64,000 bases of DNA from an uncultured bacterium (GTDB lineage: Bacteria > AUK180). Positions 27,772 through 37,978 of the stretch are shown piece by piece (within the stretch, counting starts at the first letter, position 1; every line of letters starts with the position of its first letter). The notes under the pieces were generated by a model. That model ran no database searches and was not told where the DNA came from. It was given only the letters and a program-made list of their open reading frames with translations. The stretch covers positions 1 through 64,000 of the forward strand of contig CALMGJ010000037.1 of the NCBI GenBank assembly GCA_937863565.1. Reading direction: 5' to 3'. The position numbers and the translations under genes were made by a program.

Positions 27772-28707
27772 ATGGCGGGCAAGTTCCTTTTTAAGATCCT
27801 CATCCTTATAGCGCTGGTCACCGCGGTGCTGGCGCCCCTGGAGATGGTCGCCAGGAAGATCTACAGGAATGAAGAACCGGAGTTCGACGCAATGATCGAC
27901 TCTTTAAAAAAGCGTTCCGGGAACGTGAATACGGTGATCCTCGGCTCTTCGCATTCCAGAAGGGGCATACGGGATGATCTTCTTTCTGAAGAAATATTCA
28001 ATATGGCGTTCTATTCCCAGGACCTTTACTACAATATAGAATTGATCAAAAGATTTATACCTGAACTCCCTGAACTCCGGCGGATCGTTCTTGAAGTTGA
28101 TCCGTTCACCATGTGCTATGATCAGATTGAAGTATCCCGCTATACAGCCCGGCGTTACGCCCGCCTCGGTATCCCTGCCCGTCAAAGATTCAATACGATG
28201 CTGTTCCTTCAATCCAATTTCGAGCTCCTGAACCACCGGGAAAAATTCATATTCGATCTTTTCAGGTTTATCGTCAAAGGAGAATATCCACACCCGATGA
28301 CCCATAAGCCGGTCAGGGACCTTTCCGGCGAAAAAGCGGTCAGAAGAACACTTAAAGAACGCTTGGCCCTCCACAACGGTTTCTACGGCTCCGGAAAGAC
28401 CTTCAGAAAGAACCTGGAATTCCTTGCACGGTTCTATTCGTTCACTGAAACGGCAGGCATCAAAGTGACCGTTCTACATATGCCCGTGACCGATCTTTAC
28501 TGGGCCGGACTTTCGCAAGAACTTAAAGATGCATTCGCGGAGACGGAGGATCTCATAATTGGGAAATGCCCCTTATGGTCGATCGCGGATTTCCGATTCC
28601 TTTATGCCGGAGAATATTCGCTTTTCAGGGACGCTGACCATTTGAACGAGGAGGGCAGCCGGAAGTTCACTGCGCTTCTGAACGAATATCTGGGACGCTT
28701 TAAATGA
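27772..28707 (+). CDS. SGNH-like O-acylation partner (AlgJ/PatB/DltD-like)
   Basis: N-terminal TM, LGSSH, FRDADHLN (DxxH); directly follows the MBOAT gene. Confidence 0.72.
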   Translation: MAGKFLFKILILIALVTAVLAPLEMVARKIYRNEEPEFDAMIDSLKKRSGNVNTVILGSSHSRRGIRDDLLSEEIFNMAFYSQDLYYNIELIKRFIPELPELRRIVLEVDPFTMCYDQIEVSRYTARRYARLGIPARQRFNTMLFLQSNFELLNHREKFIFDLFRFIVKGEYPHPMTHKPVRDLSGEKAVRRTLKERLALHNGFYGSGKTFRKNLEFLARFYSFTETAGIKVTVLHMPVTDLYWAGLSQELKDAFAETEDLIIGKCPLWSIADFRFLYAGEYSLFRDADHLNEEGSRKFTALLNEYLGRFK

Positions 28708-29879
28708 TAAAGATAGCCAATGTTGATATTCAGGCGAAAGAGCATAATTTCGCTTCCCCTGAAGATTATTTCGAAAAACGCCGTCTTTCGCCGGGAATAA
28801 TGTCCGCGGTCGCGATCAATAATATGAGCGGCTTCCGTGTATGCATTCTGCAGATAGCAAGAAAGATACGTTCTCCGGGAAAAATCGATCTGAACGGTCT
28901 TGAGGTCTTCCTCTTCCCCGGAAGTCCGCGGTGGTATCTTAATAAAAAGGACCTTAACTACAGGCTTTATTCCAAAGAGCTTGAAGGAATGCTTCTTGAA
29001 GGGGGGTGGGATGCGGTTCATCTAAATCAGAGCAGCGGAAACAATCTGTTCCGGTTATGCGGGGTTCTTGCAAAAAGAGGCATACCCTATATTATACATT
29101 TCCGGGGGGGTGATCTGGAATCCTTCACGCCGCAAAGGAAAAGCACTTTCGGAAAAGCTTCTGCCGTGATCCTTAACAATGAAGATCAGAAAAAGAGACT
29201 TCTTGAAGTACTTCCCGGAATGAAGGGGAAGATAAACCTTATCCCGCAGGGGATCGATCCCGTTCTTTTCAAGGAGGGGACATCACGCAAGGAGAATATG
29301 CTCTCTTTCGGATATGCGGGAAGGATATACCCGCACAAGGGCATAATCCGGGCCATCGAATTCATTGCTTTCTTAAGGTCTCTCGGGTATAAGGTCTCTT
29401 TCGCGCTTGCAGGGAATTTCGAAGAAAGGTCTTTCGAATCGGAAGCGAAGAAACTTATAAGAGAACTTCGTATCGAGGATGCCGTGCATTTCACCGGATA
29501 TCTTTCAACAGAAGAGATCGTTCCTTTTTACCAGAACATCGGTTATCTTCTGTTCCTTTCAGAACATGAATCCTTCGGAAAATCCGTTGCCGAAGCCATG
29601 TCCTGCGGTGCCGTGCCGATCATAAGAACGAACTCGTCCGGACCCGAGGAGATAATAGGCAAAGGGGCTTTCGGGTATTATCTTCCCTGTGAAGAGAGAT
29701 GGGCGGACTTCGCCGGCACATTATTTAACGAAACCGCATATTTCTCCATGCGCGAAAAAGCAGTGAGAAGAGCGGCATATTATTCGTTCGGGAATTATAC
29801 GGATGCCATTTCGGCTCTGTACCGGGAAGTAGCCGCCGCAGGGTCCGGAGGGAAAAAACGGGAGGTGACGGATCCATGA
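28704..29879 (+). CDS. GT4 glycosyltransferase
   Basis: GRIYPHKG, ESFGKSVAEAMSCG. Confidence 0.85.
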   Translation: MIKIANVDIQAKEHNFASPEDYFEKRRLSPGIMSAVAINNMSGFRVCILQIARKIRSPGKIDLNGLEVFLFPGSPRWYLNKKDLNYRLYSKELEGMLLEGGWDAVHLNQSSGNNLFRLCGVLAKRGIPYIIHFRGGDLESFTPQRKSTFGKASAVILNNEDQKKRLLEVLPGMKGKINLIPQGIDPVLFKEGTSRKENMLSFGYAGRIYPHKGIIRAIEFIAFLRSLGYKVSFALAGNFEERSFESEAKKLIRELRIEDAVHFTGYLSTEEIVPFYQNIGYLLFLSEHESFGKSVAEAMSCGAVPIIRTNSSGPEEIIGKGAFGYYLPCEERWADFAGTLFNETAYFSMREKAVRRAAYYSFGNYTDAISALYREVAAAGSGGKKREVTDP

Positions 29880-31666
29880 CCTTTTTCGGAATATTGGCCC
29901 TTGAAAAAGAAACATGCGGACCCGTTCTGGCGGTTCTGGAAACTTTCATCCGTTCCTTGCCTGAGGGTGATTCTCTGTATAACCGTTACGATATTTCAGG
30001 AAAAACTTTTGTCTATATGGACAAGCGTGCGAACAGGCTTGTTGAAAGCGATTCCCGGACATATCTCGGATTTTTCAATAAGCAGCTTAACGCTTCGAAT
30101 ACGGAGGGGATAGACTGGAGCGATATCAATTCCGTTCTAGATAAACTCATCGGTGGTTTCTTCTTTATTCGCTACGGACCGTCCGGTTTATCAGTATATT
30201 GCGATCCGAACGGGATACAGCAGATATACTATCTTGAAAAAGACGGATATCTTGTCCTGTCCGATGATCTTAAACTGCTGGCATCCTGGCCCGGATACAG
30301 GAAAGAGCTCAACCTGCCGGCAGTGGATTCGTTCATTTCCTCTGAAACGAATTCTTTCGCCGAAACGTTCTTCAAAGGGATATTCAGGATCGAGCCCGGC
30401 GAAAAGATAGAGCTCTGCGGCACCGGATTGAAAACAGGGAAATACTGGGACCTTGTTTTTCCCGAAGAGAAAACCAAGGCCGGACTTCCGGAAACGGTTG
30501 AGGCGCTGAATCTGTCGTTCTTCCAGGTGATGCAGCGGTATCTGGCTAACCGGAATCCGGACTATGCACTAATGTTAAGCGGAGGAATAGATTCTAATTT
30601 CATCCTTGCCATGCTTGTCCGCGCCGGAAGCGGCCCGGTGAAAACATTTACGATCGGCTATGGGAGCGAAGAGCAGTATTATTCGGATGAGATACCGGGA
30701 GCGAGGATCTCATCGAAGCATTTCAGGACCGATCATGAAGAAGTGCTGTTCTCGCGTAATGATTTCGAGGAAGTGCTTTTCGGCGATTATACGCGGATCA
30801 TGGATGAACCCAACGGCAACATTGCAAATCTGGCCCTTGTGTTCACGAAAAGGAGAATGGCGGGCAGGATAAACAATGTGCTTACAGGCCTGGGTCCCGA
30901 TACATTTTTCTACAGCAACCCCAATGATTTCAGATATCACCGGCTCTACTCTCTTTTAAAGTTTCTGGACTCGACCGGCGCCGGCCGGGTGCTGGAATTC
31001 CTGAAGACGGAACTTTCGAGAATGGCTCCGTTCGATTACAGGCTGAACCGTGTGTTCTTCACGCGGAGGGGATACATACGCGGGGTTAAGACAAAATCGG
31101 AATTCAATCAATACATCAAGTACAAGCTCTACTCCCCGCTCATGCTGGAAGTGAAGCGGAAAACGGAACTTATCTATGATGAGCTTGTTGAAAACCATTT
31201 GAAAGCGGTGGGAGAAAGAACGGAGATCTCCGATAAGATGGCCTATGTCGATCTGAAAATGGTGATCTTGCGGAATTTCGTCAACTCCTCCTGCCAGATA
31301 TTCCAGCGCTCCATGATCGAATATTATGTGCCATACCTCGATCCGGCATTCATGAACGAGTATGCAAAAGTAGCGGAAAAAAATAAATTCTTCTCGGGCC
31401 GCAGGAAAATGCTTGAGGTGCTCATGGCTGAAAAATACCTTCCTCCCGAGATCCTGTTCAGGAAAAAACAACCCTTCAGGGTGCCCCATATCAGGTGGAT
31501 CAATGAAACTTTCAAGGAGAAGATGATCCAAAGAGCACTTGCGGGCCGCACCGTTGATGCCCTGTTCAAAAGAGGCGCATTGAAGCACTATCTGCGATCC
31601 GAACATTCGGCCCTTCTTTTATGGCGATTGTTCCTGCTGGAGAAATGGACAGATGAGAATTTCTGA
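29876..31666 (+). CDS. Asparagine synthetase-like protein lacking the N-terminal catalytic Cys
   Basis: LSGGIDS PP-loop, KTFTIGY, MDEP, VPYLD, RKKQPF; N-terminus MTFFGI instead of MCGI. Confidence 0.78.
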   Translation: MTFFGILALEKETCGPVLAVLETFIRSLPEGDSLYNRYDISGKTFVYMDKRANRLVESDSRTYLGFFNKQLNASNTEGIDWSDINSVLDKLIGGFFFIRYGPSGLSVYCDPNGIQQIYYLEKDGYLVLSDDLKLLASWPGYRKELNLPAVDSFISSETNSFAETFFKGIFRIEPGEKIELCGTGLKTGKYWDLVFPEEKTKAGLPETVEALNLSFFQVMQRYLANRNPDYALMLSGGIDSNFILAMLVRAGSGPVKTFTIGYGSEEQYYSDEIPGARISSKHFRTDHEEVLFSRNDFEEVLFGDYTRIMDEPNGNIANLALVFTKRRMAGRINNVLTGLGPDTFFYSNPNDFRYHRLYSLLKFLDSTGAGRVLEFLKTELSRMAPFDYRLNRVFFTRRGYIRGVKTKSEFNQYIKYKLYSPLMLEVKRKTELIYDELVENHLKAVGERTEISDKMAYVDLKMVILRNFVNSSCQIFQRSMIEYYVPYLDPAFMNEYAKVAEKNKFFSGRRKMLEVLMAEKYLPPEILFRKKQPFRVPHIRWINETFKEKMIQRALAGRTVDALFKRGALKHYLRSEHSALLLWRLFLLEKWTDENF

Positions 31667-31722
31667 TCCTTCTTTCACGGGTTTGAGGGGATCAAGAAGG
31701 TCTCATACCTGCCTTCAGGTCT

Positions 31723-31751
31723 TTGTAAAAAAAACCGGAATGTGCTAAAAT
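31723..31751 (+). promoter_or_regulatory. Promoter, leaderless geometry
   Basis: TTGTAA-17-TAAAAT with extended TG, 5 nt before in-frame ATG 31757. Confidence 0.65.
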
Positions 31752-31756
31752 CTCCT

Positions 31757-33550
31757 ATGGGAAGAATGATCCGTGTTCTCAGATCGCTTTTGTTCTTTAC
31801 GGTATATACCGTTCTATACATCATGTATAACGGGTATTCCTTCGGCATCTTCACGCACTCGTTCACGATCCCTTTTATAAATCAGATCAATGATCCCGGT
31901 ATGTACGGCGGAGATCTCATGATGACCATGTCCGGAAAACTCTACTCCCTGTTCTTCCCGGCAATGGCTTTTATATCAAGATATGCCGATCTTCGTTTCG
32001 TGTCGTTCGCGCTTTATTTTCTCTCGATGTTCGTCACTTTCACGGGAATATTCAAGATCACCGGAAGGATCTACAACCGCAGAGCAGCTTTTCTGACCCT
32101 CCTGTTATTATTCTCGGGAATGAGGCTCTATATCGGCGGTTCTCCGCTCTTTACGGACCTTTTAGTCCAGCTCAATTTCGTTATTCCGCTTTTTGTATGG
32201 GGATTATATTTTCTTTTGCGCGCGGTTGACCGGTGGCCCTCTCCTCTTTCCACTGTAATGGAAGACAGTAAAAGAAAGAGTGCAAGGCGTGCGGATTATT
32301 TCAGATCCGCTTTCATTCTTGGCATCGCCTGGAATTTCCACCCCATGGAAACCGCCTATATCGTGTTCTTCATCTTGATCTTTTACATCTTCGAACGAAA
32401 GAACATCGAATTGAGGGAGCTCATACTTCCCTCCGCCGTTTTCCTGGTCCTGGCCGCTCCATTACTGCTTACGCTTATCGGCGATGCGGGCGAACATATG
32501 GACCCTCAATGGGAAGAGATACTCCGCACCGCACAGTGGTGGCATATCTTCCCCTTCTCATTCCCGCTGAAGACCTTCCTTGCGTTCCTCATAGCCGTAG
32601 CCATGGTCGTTTTCGTTCCCAAAGTGAATTCTGAGAGAAGATATCACGGCATGATCATTGCATTATTTACGGGAATGATGATCCTTTTTTTCGTAGGGAC
32701 TCTTTTCACCGAAGTGCTTCCCGTATCAACGGTGATAAAACTGCAGTTGTTCCGTTCCTGCAAAATACCGCTTCTTTTTGCTTTCATTCTTTTTGCAGGA
32801 TACGCTGCCGAAGATATCGGAGAGCGGCGTAACGTTTTCCTTTATATGCTGGCAGTCCTTTTCATGATGATGAATTTCTATTTTCAATTTTTTGCCGTGC
32901 TTCTCATTCTCTTCATTCAGAGAAAATTGGCGCGTGATATATCAATAACCGCTCCGATCATTTTCTTCGCAGGATCCCTGTTCTCCCTTAAAGCGCCGAA
33001 TCCACTTGATGTGGGATTGAAATTGAGCCTTCTCATCATTACCGCATACAGTACATGGATGCTCGTTCGGGTTAAAAAGACCAAATACCTTGTGACCGTT
33101 TCTCTGCTTTCACTTCTTCTCATCATTTCACTGGGAACAAGGTTCGCCGCTCTTTTAAAAAAGGATATAAGGACCACTTCCCTGAACGAGGCTCAGAAAT
33201 GGCTCAAGGAACACACACGGCCGGACGAGTACATCCTGGCCGATCCTTCTTTTGATTCGATCAGGGTCTTTTCGCAAAGGAGCGCTTACGTTACATGGTG
33301 GGACGGCTCGCTGGGCATTTTCAGTAAGGAATATGCCAAGGAATGGTGGCACAGAATGACCCTTCTGGGCATATACGGGCAGAACGATCTGCCCAAGTTC
33401 GCCGACAAGATCAACAATGATATGCTCAGCCGTGTCTATGCGGAGTTCAAATTCCGATATATTGTAGTAAAAAAGGACGTTTCACTGGCCCTGGAGGAGG
33501 TCTTCTCCAACCGGGAGATCAAGATATACAGGTATGAATTCGAGTTCTAA
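31757..33550 (+). CDS. Polytopic membrane protein, possible GT-C-type transferase
   Basis: Many TM helices, NFHP, C-terminal soluble domain WLKEHT...RVFSQRSAYV...EWWHR. Confidence 0.55.
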   Translation: MGRMIRVLRSLLFFTVYTVLYIMYNGYSFGIFTHSFTIPFINQINDPGMYGGDLMMTMSGKLYSLFFPAMAFISRYADLRFVSFALYFLSMFVTFTGIFKITGRIYNRRAAFLTLLLLFSGMRLYIGGSPLFTDLLVQLNFVIPLFVWGLYFLLRAVDRWPSPLSTVMEDSKRKSARRADYFRSAFILGIAWNFHPMETAYIVFFILIFYIFERKNIELRELILPSAVFLVLAAPLLLTLIGDAGEHMDPQWEEILRTAQWWHIFPFSFPLKTFLAFLIAVAMVVFVPKVNSERRYHGMIIALFTGMMILFFVGTLFTEVLPVSTVIKLQLFRSCKIPLLFAFILFAGYAAEDIGERRNVFLYMLAVLFMMMNFYFQFFAVLLILFIQRKLARDISITAPIIFFAGSLFSLKAPNPLDVGLKLSLLIITAYSTWMLVRVKKTKYLVTVSLLSLLLIISLGTRFAALLKKDIRTTSLNEAQKWLKEHTRPDEYILADPSFDSIRVFSQRSAYVTWWDGSLGIFSKEYAKEWWHRMTLLGIYGQNDLPKFADKINNDMLSRVYAEFKFRYIVVKKDVSLALEEVFSNREIKIYRYEFEF

Positions 33551-34958
33551 ATTCAAAACCGCATTCATAAATTCGCTGGCCAGTTCATATGTGATACAAT
33601 TCTCGATCATGCTCATCAGCTTTGTATCGCAGCTCGTCCTTGCCCGCCTGCTTTCTGCAGAACATTTCGGTCTCTTTGCGCAGGCGATGTTCATCAATAT
33701 GCTTTTTGCCGACCTCGTTAACTTCGGATTTTCAAAGCATCTAATAAGAAGCGATTACTCGAGATGGGGAAATGCATTTCTGATACAGGGCGTTCTCGTC
33801 GCGCTTATCGTTACCGTTTTCAATCTCTGGCCCGGGATAACAGACCCGTACGAACCAATGCTGAAGGACATCATGAAGGTCTTCATCTACTATCAGGTCT
33901 TTGTCGCGATCAACAACAACTACTCGACATATCTTCTTAAGAACCTGAACGTGTCCAAGATGATCATCCCCAATGTCGCAGGTACGGTTTTGTATGTTGC
34001 GATCGTTGTGTGGATGGGTTTCAGGGGCTGGAACGAGTGGGCACTGGTCTGGGCCACTCTGATCAGCGAATTGTTCAAAACGGCCTTGTTCACGGCGGCC
34101 TTCGGCCGGGAACTCCTGAAAAAGCTCACATTCACGTTCAAGTATTCCAAGGAGCTCATTTACGGAAGTGTATTCCTCTTCCTGCTGGCGATCACGGGCG
34201 ACCTTCATAATCAGATCGATCGCGCGCTTCTGGGATCGCTTCTTACTCCCGCTTTTGTAGGAATGTTCTTTCTGGCGAATAAATTCATTCAATTCCCCGA
34301 GAAGATCATATCCCGCGCGGTGAGACAGATCCTGTTCCCCGCTTTCACTGCCAGCAAGGATAATCCCGAAAGGACACAGAAACTCATCAAGTATTCAACG
34401 CTGACGATAGTTGCCGCTCAGGTGTTCATTTACGGAACGATCTTCGTTTATGCCGACCTGATAGTGAATACGGTGATCGGGGAAAAATGGCACGACCTCG
34501 TACCGCTTTTGAGAATGATGTGCTTCATGCCGATCTTCTTCCCTTACGGGAAATATGCGGAATATCTCCTTACGGCACATAAATATGAGAAATGGAATTT
34601 CGCCGCTTTAGTTTTTAATATCTTAATTTCTATTGCTTTGGGTCTTCTTCTGATACCTAAGTTCCGCAATGAAGGTATGGTGATGGTCCGGTATGTCAAC
34701 AACCTTGTTACTATAATCCCTATTCTGATCACGATCAAGAAACTCGGCATTAGATTATTCTACAGAGAGTATTTTATAGTATACCTTCCGCTTTTGGTCT
34801 GTCCGATGATACTTCTTCCGATCGGCCCGAGGCTCATGCTACTTCCGGTGATCATCCTTTATTTCATATTTATCTTCGTGATCGAATACAGGCTGATAAT
34901 CAGTAAATTCATGACTTTCGAAGAGATCAAAGAAAGGATCGGGATGAAGAGGGCCTGA
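33534..34958 (+). CDS. Wzx-type oligosaccharide flippase
   Basis: LARLLSAEHFG, IDRALLG, LFPAF, GEKW; 12+ TM helices. Confidence 0.82.
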   Translation: MNSSSKFKTAFINSLASSYVIQFSIMLISFVSQLVLARLLSAEHFGLFAQAMFINMLFADLVNFGFSKHLIRSDYSRWGNAFLIQGVLVALIVTVFNLWPGITDPYEPMLKDIMKVFIYYQVFVAINNNYSTYLLKNLNVSKMIIPNVAGTVLYVAIVVWMGFRGWNEWALVWATLISELFKTALFTAAFGRELLKKLTFTFKYSKELIYGSVFLFLLAITGDLHNQIDRALLGSLLTPAFVGMFFLANKFIQFPEKIISRAVRQILFPAFTASKDNPERTQKLIKYSTLTIVAAQVFIYGTIFVYADLIVNTVIGEKWHDLVPLLRMMCFMPIFFPYGKYAEYLLTAHKYEKWNFAALVFNILISIALGLLLIPKFRNEGMVMVRYVNNLVTIIPILITIKKLGIRLFYREYFIVYLPLLVCPMILLPIGPRLMLLPVIILYFIFIFVIEYRLIISKFMTFEEIKERIGMKRA

Positions 34959-34959
34959 T

Positions 34960-36816
34960 ATGTGCGGCATCTGCGGGCAATTCTCCTTCGGCCGTGATCT
35001 CACGGAACGGGATAACAATGCTCTGCGGGCCATGAACGGTGCAATGCTGCACCGCGGCCCGGATGATGAGGGCTACTTCGTTTCCGGCCGCGCCGGTCTG
35101 GCGATGAGGCGGCTTTCCATCATTGATATAGCCCGAGGCCACCAGCCGATGGAGAACGAGTTATGCGCCGTAGTCTTCAATGGCGAGATCTACAATTACA
35201 TAGAACTGAAAGAGGAATTAAAGGAAGAAGGCCCTTATTCAACGGACTCGGATACGGAAGTAATCCTCAAACTCTACAAGGTTTACGGTCCGGGCTTCAT
35301 CAAACGGTTAAGAGGAATGTTCGCGATCGCACTTTACGATAAAAAAAAGGGCGAGTTATTCGTGGTAAGGGACCATGCGGGCATAAAACCCCTGTATTAT
35401 TCCTTTTCCGGAGGAGATTTCATTTTTGCATCGGAACTGAAGGCGCTTCTAAAGCATCCGGGAATTTCAAGGGAGCTCGATCCCAAGGCGCTTGATTGCT
35501 ATCTTACAAGCGAATATAATTTCTACGACGGCACCGTATTCAAAGGAATATTCAAAGTGCCTCCCGGCCATTACTGGCACCTGAAGAACACCGGCAGCGA
35601 ATTAAAGAAATACTGGGATCTGGATTTCTCAAAAAAAAGCGGTCATGCCGATCCTGCTTCCGAATTGTACAGTATATTCAATGAATGCGTCCGTCTCCGC
35701 CTGCGCGCCGATGTTCCCGTAGGTATGCTTCTTTCCGGCGGAATGGATTCGAATCTGACGATGCACGCGATCAACCGGCTGGGGATCTCCAAGATGCATA
35801 CTTTTACCGTAGGGTATAAGGGAGATCACGTTTTCGATGAAACGGAGAAAGCCCGGAAGCTCTCCGCTTTCTACGATACGGAACATCACGAAGTAAAGAT
35901 CGACCTGGCCGGGTTCAGGGATTATATTTTCGGAGAGTATCCTTCCACAATAGACGAACCACTGGGCAATGAATCCAATATTCCTCTTAACTACCTCTAC
36001 GGGGAAGCGAAGAAATATGTCACCGTGCTTCTGTCCGGCTTGGGGGGAGATGAACTGTTCTTCGGATATCCGCGCCATCACAGCGTCTATTCTTTTATTA
36101 GAAAGCACGGCCGGGAGAGCTCGGCGTTTTCCGTTCTTGCCGAAAAGGTCCGAAGCGTGCTTATGAGGGAACAGAGGCTCTACGAGCGGCTGAGATATCT
36201 TGATATCGATCCCGTTCATTTTCTCCGGAAGCAATATGTCAAAACGGATATCGATGCATTTATCAAGCATATCGTATACGGTGGTGTAATGAAAAACGGC
36301 ATCTCCCGATACCGCGATTCAGCCGTTTCTTTTATACGCGACCTGTTGAAAGTTCCTCAGCTCAGGGATATATCCGATATCCTGACATATCTTGATATGA
36401 AGATCTGGATAGCGTCCAATGCCCTCATTTCCGCCGATATAATAAGCATGGCCCATTCGCTTGAACTCAGAGTGCCTTTCTTCGATATAGAGCTTCTGAA
36501 TTTCTACTGTACGCTCAGTGAAAAGGACAAGTTCTTTTTAAACGATCCGAAACGCCTGGAAAAGATGATGTTCCCGGATTCTCTACCCGCATGGGTGACC
36601 GAACAGCCGAAACAATGTTTCAATACTCCGATGGGAGACTGGATGCTTGGAAGCATGAAAAATGAAATGATCAAAAGCATATTGGAAAACAGGATCATCA
36701 GGGTTCTATTCAGCCGCGAGGGGCTTGAACGGTATATCGGCAAGTATTTCAACCGTTACCCGATATTCCTTTGGCGGATCTTCATTTTCAGCAGGTGGGC
36801 GGAGCATTATTTCTGA
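34960..36816 (+). CDS. Glutamine-hydrolysing AsnB-family amidotransferase (likely glycan amidation, WbpS-like)
   Basis: MCGICG, HRGPD, RRLSIID, NGEIYN, LSGGMDS, GGDELFFGY, SLELRVPF. Confidence 0.9.
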   Translation: MCGICGQFSFGRDLTERDNNALRAMNGAMLHRGPDDEGYFVSGRAGLAMRRLSIIDIARGHQPMENELCAVVFNGEIYNYIELKEELKEEGPYSTDSDTEVILKLYKVYGPGFIKRLRGMFAIALYDKKKGELFVVRDHAGIKPLYYSFSGGDFIFASELKALLKHPGISRELDPKALDCYLTSEYNFYDGTVFKGIFKVPPGHYWHLKNTGSELKKYWDLDFSKKSGHADPASELYSIFNECVRLRLRADVPVGMLLSGGMDSNLTMHAINRLGISKMHTFTVGYKGDHVFDETEKARKLSAFYDTEHHEVKIDLAGFRDYIFGEYPSTIDEPLGNESNIPLNYLYGEAKKYVTVLLSGLGGDELFFGYPRHHSVYSFIRKHGRESSAFSVLAEKVRSVLMREQRLYERLRYLDIDPVHFLRKQYVKTDIDAFIKHIVYGGVMKNGISRYRDSAVSFIRDLLKVPQLRDISDILTYLDMKIWIASNALISADIISMAHSLELRVPFFDIELLNFYCTLSEKDKFFLNDPKRLEKMMFPDSLPAWVTEQPKQCFNTPMGDWMLGSMKNEMIKSILENRIIRVLFSREGLERYIGKYFNRYPIFLWRIFIFSRWAEHYF

Positions 36817-36829
36817 GGCAGCTGTCAGG

Positions 36830-37978
36830 TCAGATCCTTCCGCCGAAGTATTTTTGGAGAAGCTTAAGTCCTTTTTCCTCGAAATGCCCTTCAGAGAACT
36901 TGAAAGAGAATTCGCGGGCATTCCCTATGACCTGTTTTAATTTCAGAGTATCATCCTTCAGCATCGAATAAACATTCAGAAGAGACCCTTTTTTATTAAA
37001 ATCTATTTTAAATCCGTTGTAGCCGTTCTTCACATAGATATCGAACGCGCCGGAACGCGAAGTGACAGGGAGTCTTCCGGCACGCATGGCTTCGAAAGCG
37101 GTCAATCCGAAAGCCTCTTTTATTTTCGTGATCGAAGGAGCTACAACCACCGAAATGTCGCTCATGATCCTGTTAATATCAGGTTCAAACCCTTTGAAGA
37201 AAACTCTTTCTTTCATTCCGTGACGGAGAATAAGGTCCTCCAGGAACCTTTTATATGAAGAATAATTACCGTCCATCTTCAGGCGCTTTGCAATGCGGTT
37301 CATCTCGACGATATACTGGGCGCCGAGATTTCTGTCATCTCCGTATATTGTGAAAGTCGCGCCCGGTTCCGCATCGAGGACCTCCCTGAACCTCAAAAGC
37401 CCGAGATGTACGCCTTTCTGGGGAATAAGGCGTCCGAAATAACCGAATGAGTTCATATCGAATTTATCCTGCGCGATAATGCCGTTCGAAACGGGATTCT
37501 CTAGAACCTCGCATCTGCTCGGGCTGAAAACCCTCTTCACTTCCCGGGAAACAGCAACGGGCACTACATGCCGGCTGGAAAGAACGGGAAGAAGAAAGAA
37601 AAGCTTATCTTTCGTGACTGTTTCATTGAGATGCCAGAACATGGGGATGCCTGTTCTTACGGCGGTCAATGCGGTGAAATATCCGGCGCGTATCATATTC
37701 GAATAGAGCATGTTCGCGCCATGATCATAAGCCGCTTTAATGAGAAGATTGACCACATCTTTTTTCTCTGCCGACGAGGATAGAACGGGGGGAATGTCAT
37801 GAAATAGAATTCGGGCCCCCAGTTTCTCGAGTTCCTTTTGAAGATCTCCTTCACCGGGGATAATCGCGGCTATATCGATATCGTAATGTTTCTTCAGTAT
37901 ATGAAAAAATTTAAGCGTAATGATCTCTGCGCCGGATATCCTTGAGTACTGCTCGACAAAAAGGATCTTGAGCGCCAT
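36830..37978 (-). CDS. GT4 glycosyltransferase
   Basis: SGAE, GRLIPQKG, EAFGLTAFEAM. Confidence 0.85.
   Translation of the reverse strand: MALKILFVEQYSRISGAEIITLKFFHILKKHYDIDIAAIIPGEGDLQKELEKLGARILFHDIPPVLSSSAEKKDVVNLLIKAAYDHGANMLYSNMIRAGYFTALTAVRTGIPMFWHLNETVTKDKLFFLLPVLSSRHVVPVAVSREVKRVFSPSRCEVLENPVSNGIIAQDKFDMNSFGYFGRLIPQKGVHLGLLRFREVLDAEPGATFTIYGDDRNLGAQYIVEMNRIAKRLKMDGNYSSYKRFLEDLILRHGMKERVFFKGFEPDINRIMSDISVVVAPSITKIKEAFGLTAFEAMRAGRLPVTSRSGAFDIYVKNGYNGFKIDFNKKGSLLNVYSMLKDDTLKLKQVIGNAREFSFKFSEGHFEEKGLKLLQKYFGGRI

Noticed and set aside
29104-29110. G7 tract in a GT4 gene as a phase-variation site
   Set aside because: Short, in frame and unremarkable at this GC content
29876-31666. Lasso peptide cyclase interpretation of the Cys-less AsnB
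   Set aside because: No leader peptidase, RRE/PqqD or precursor seen nearby; the context is glycan synthesis
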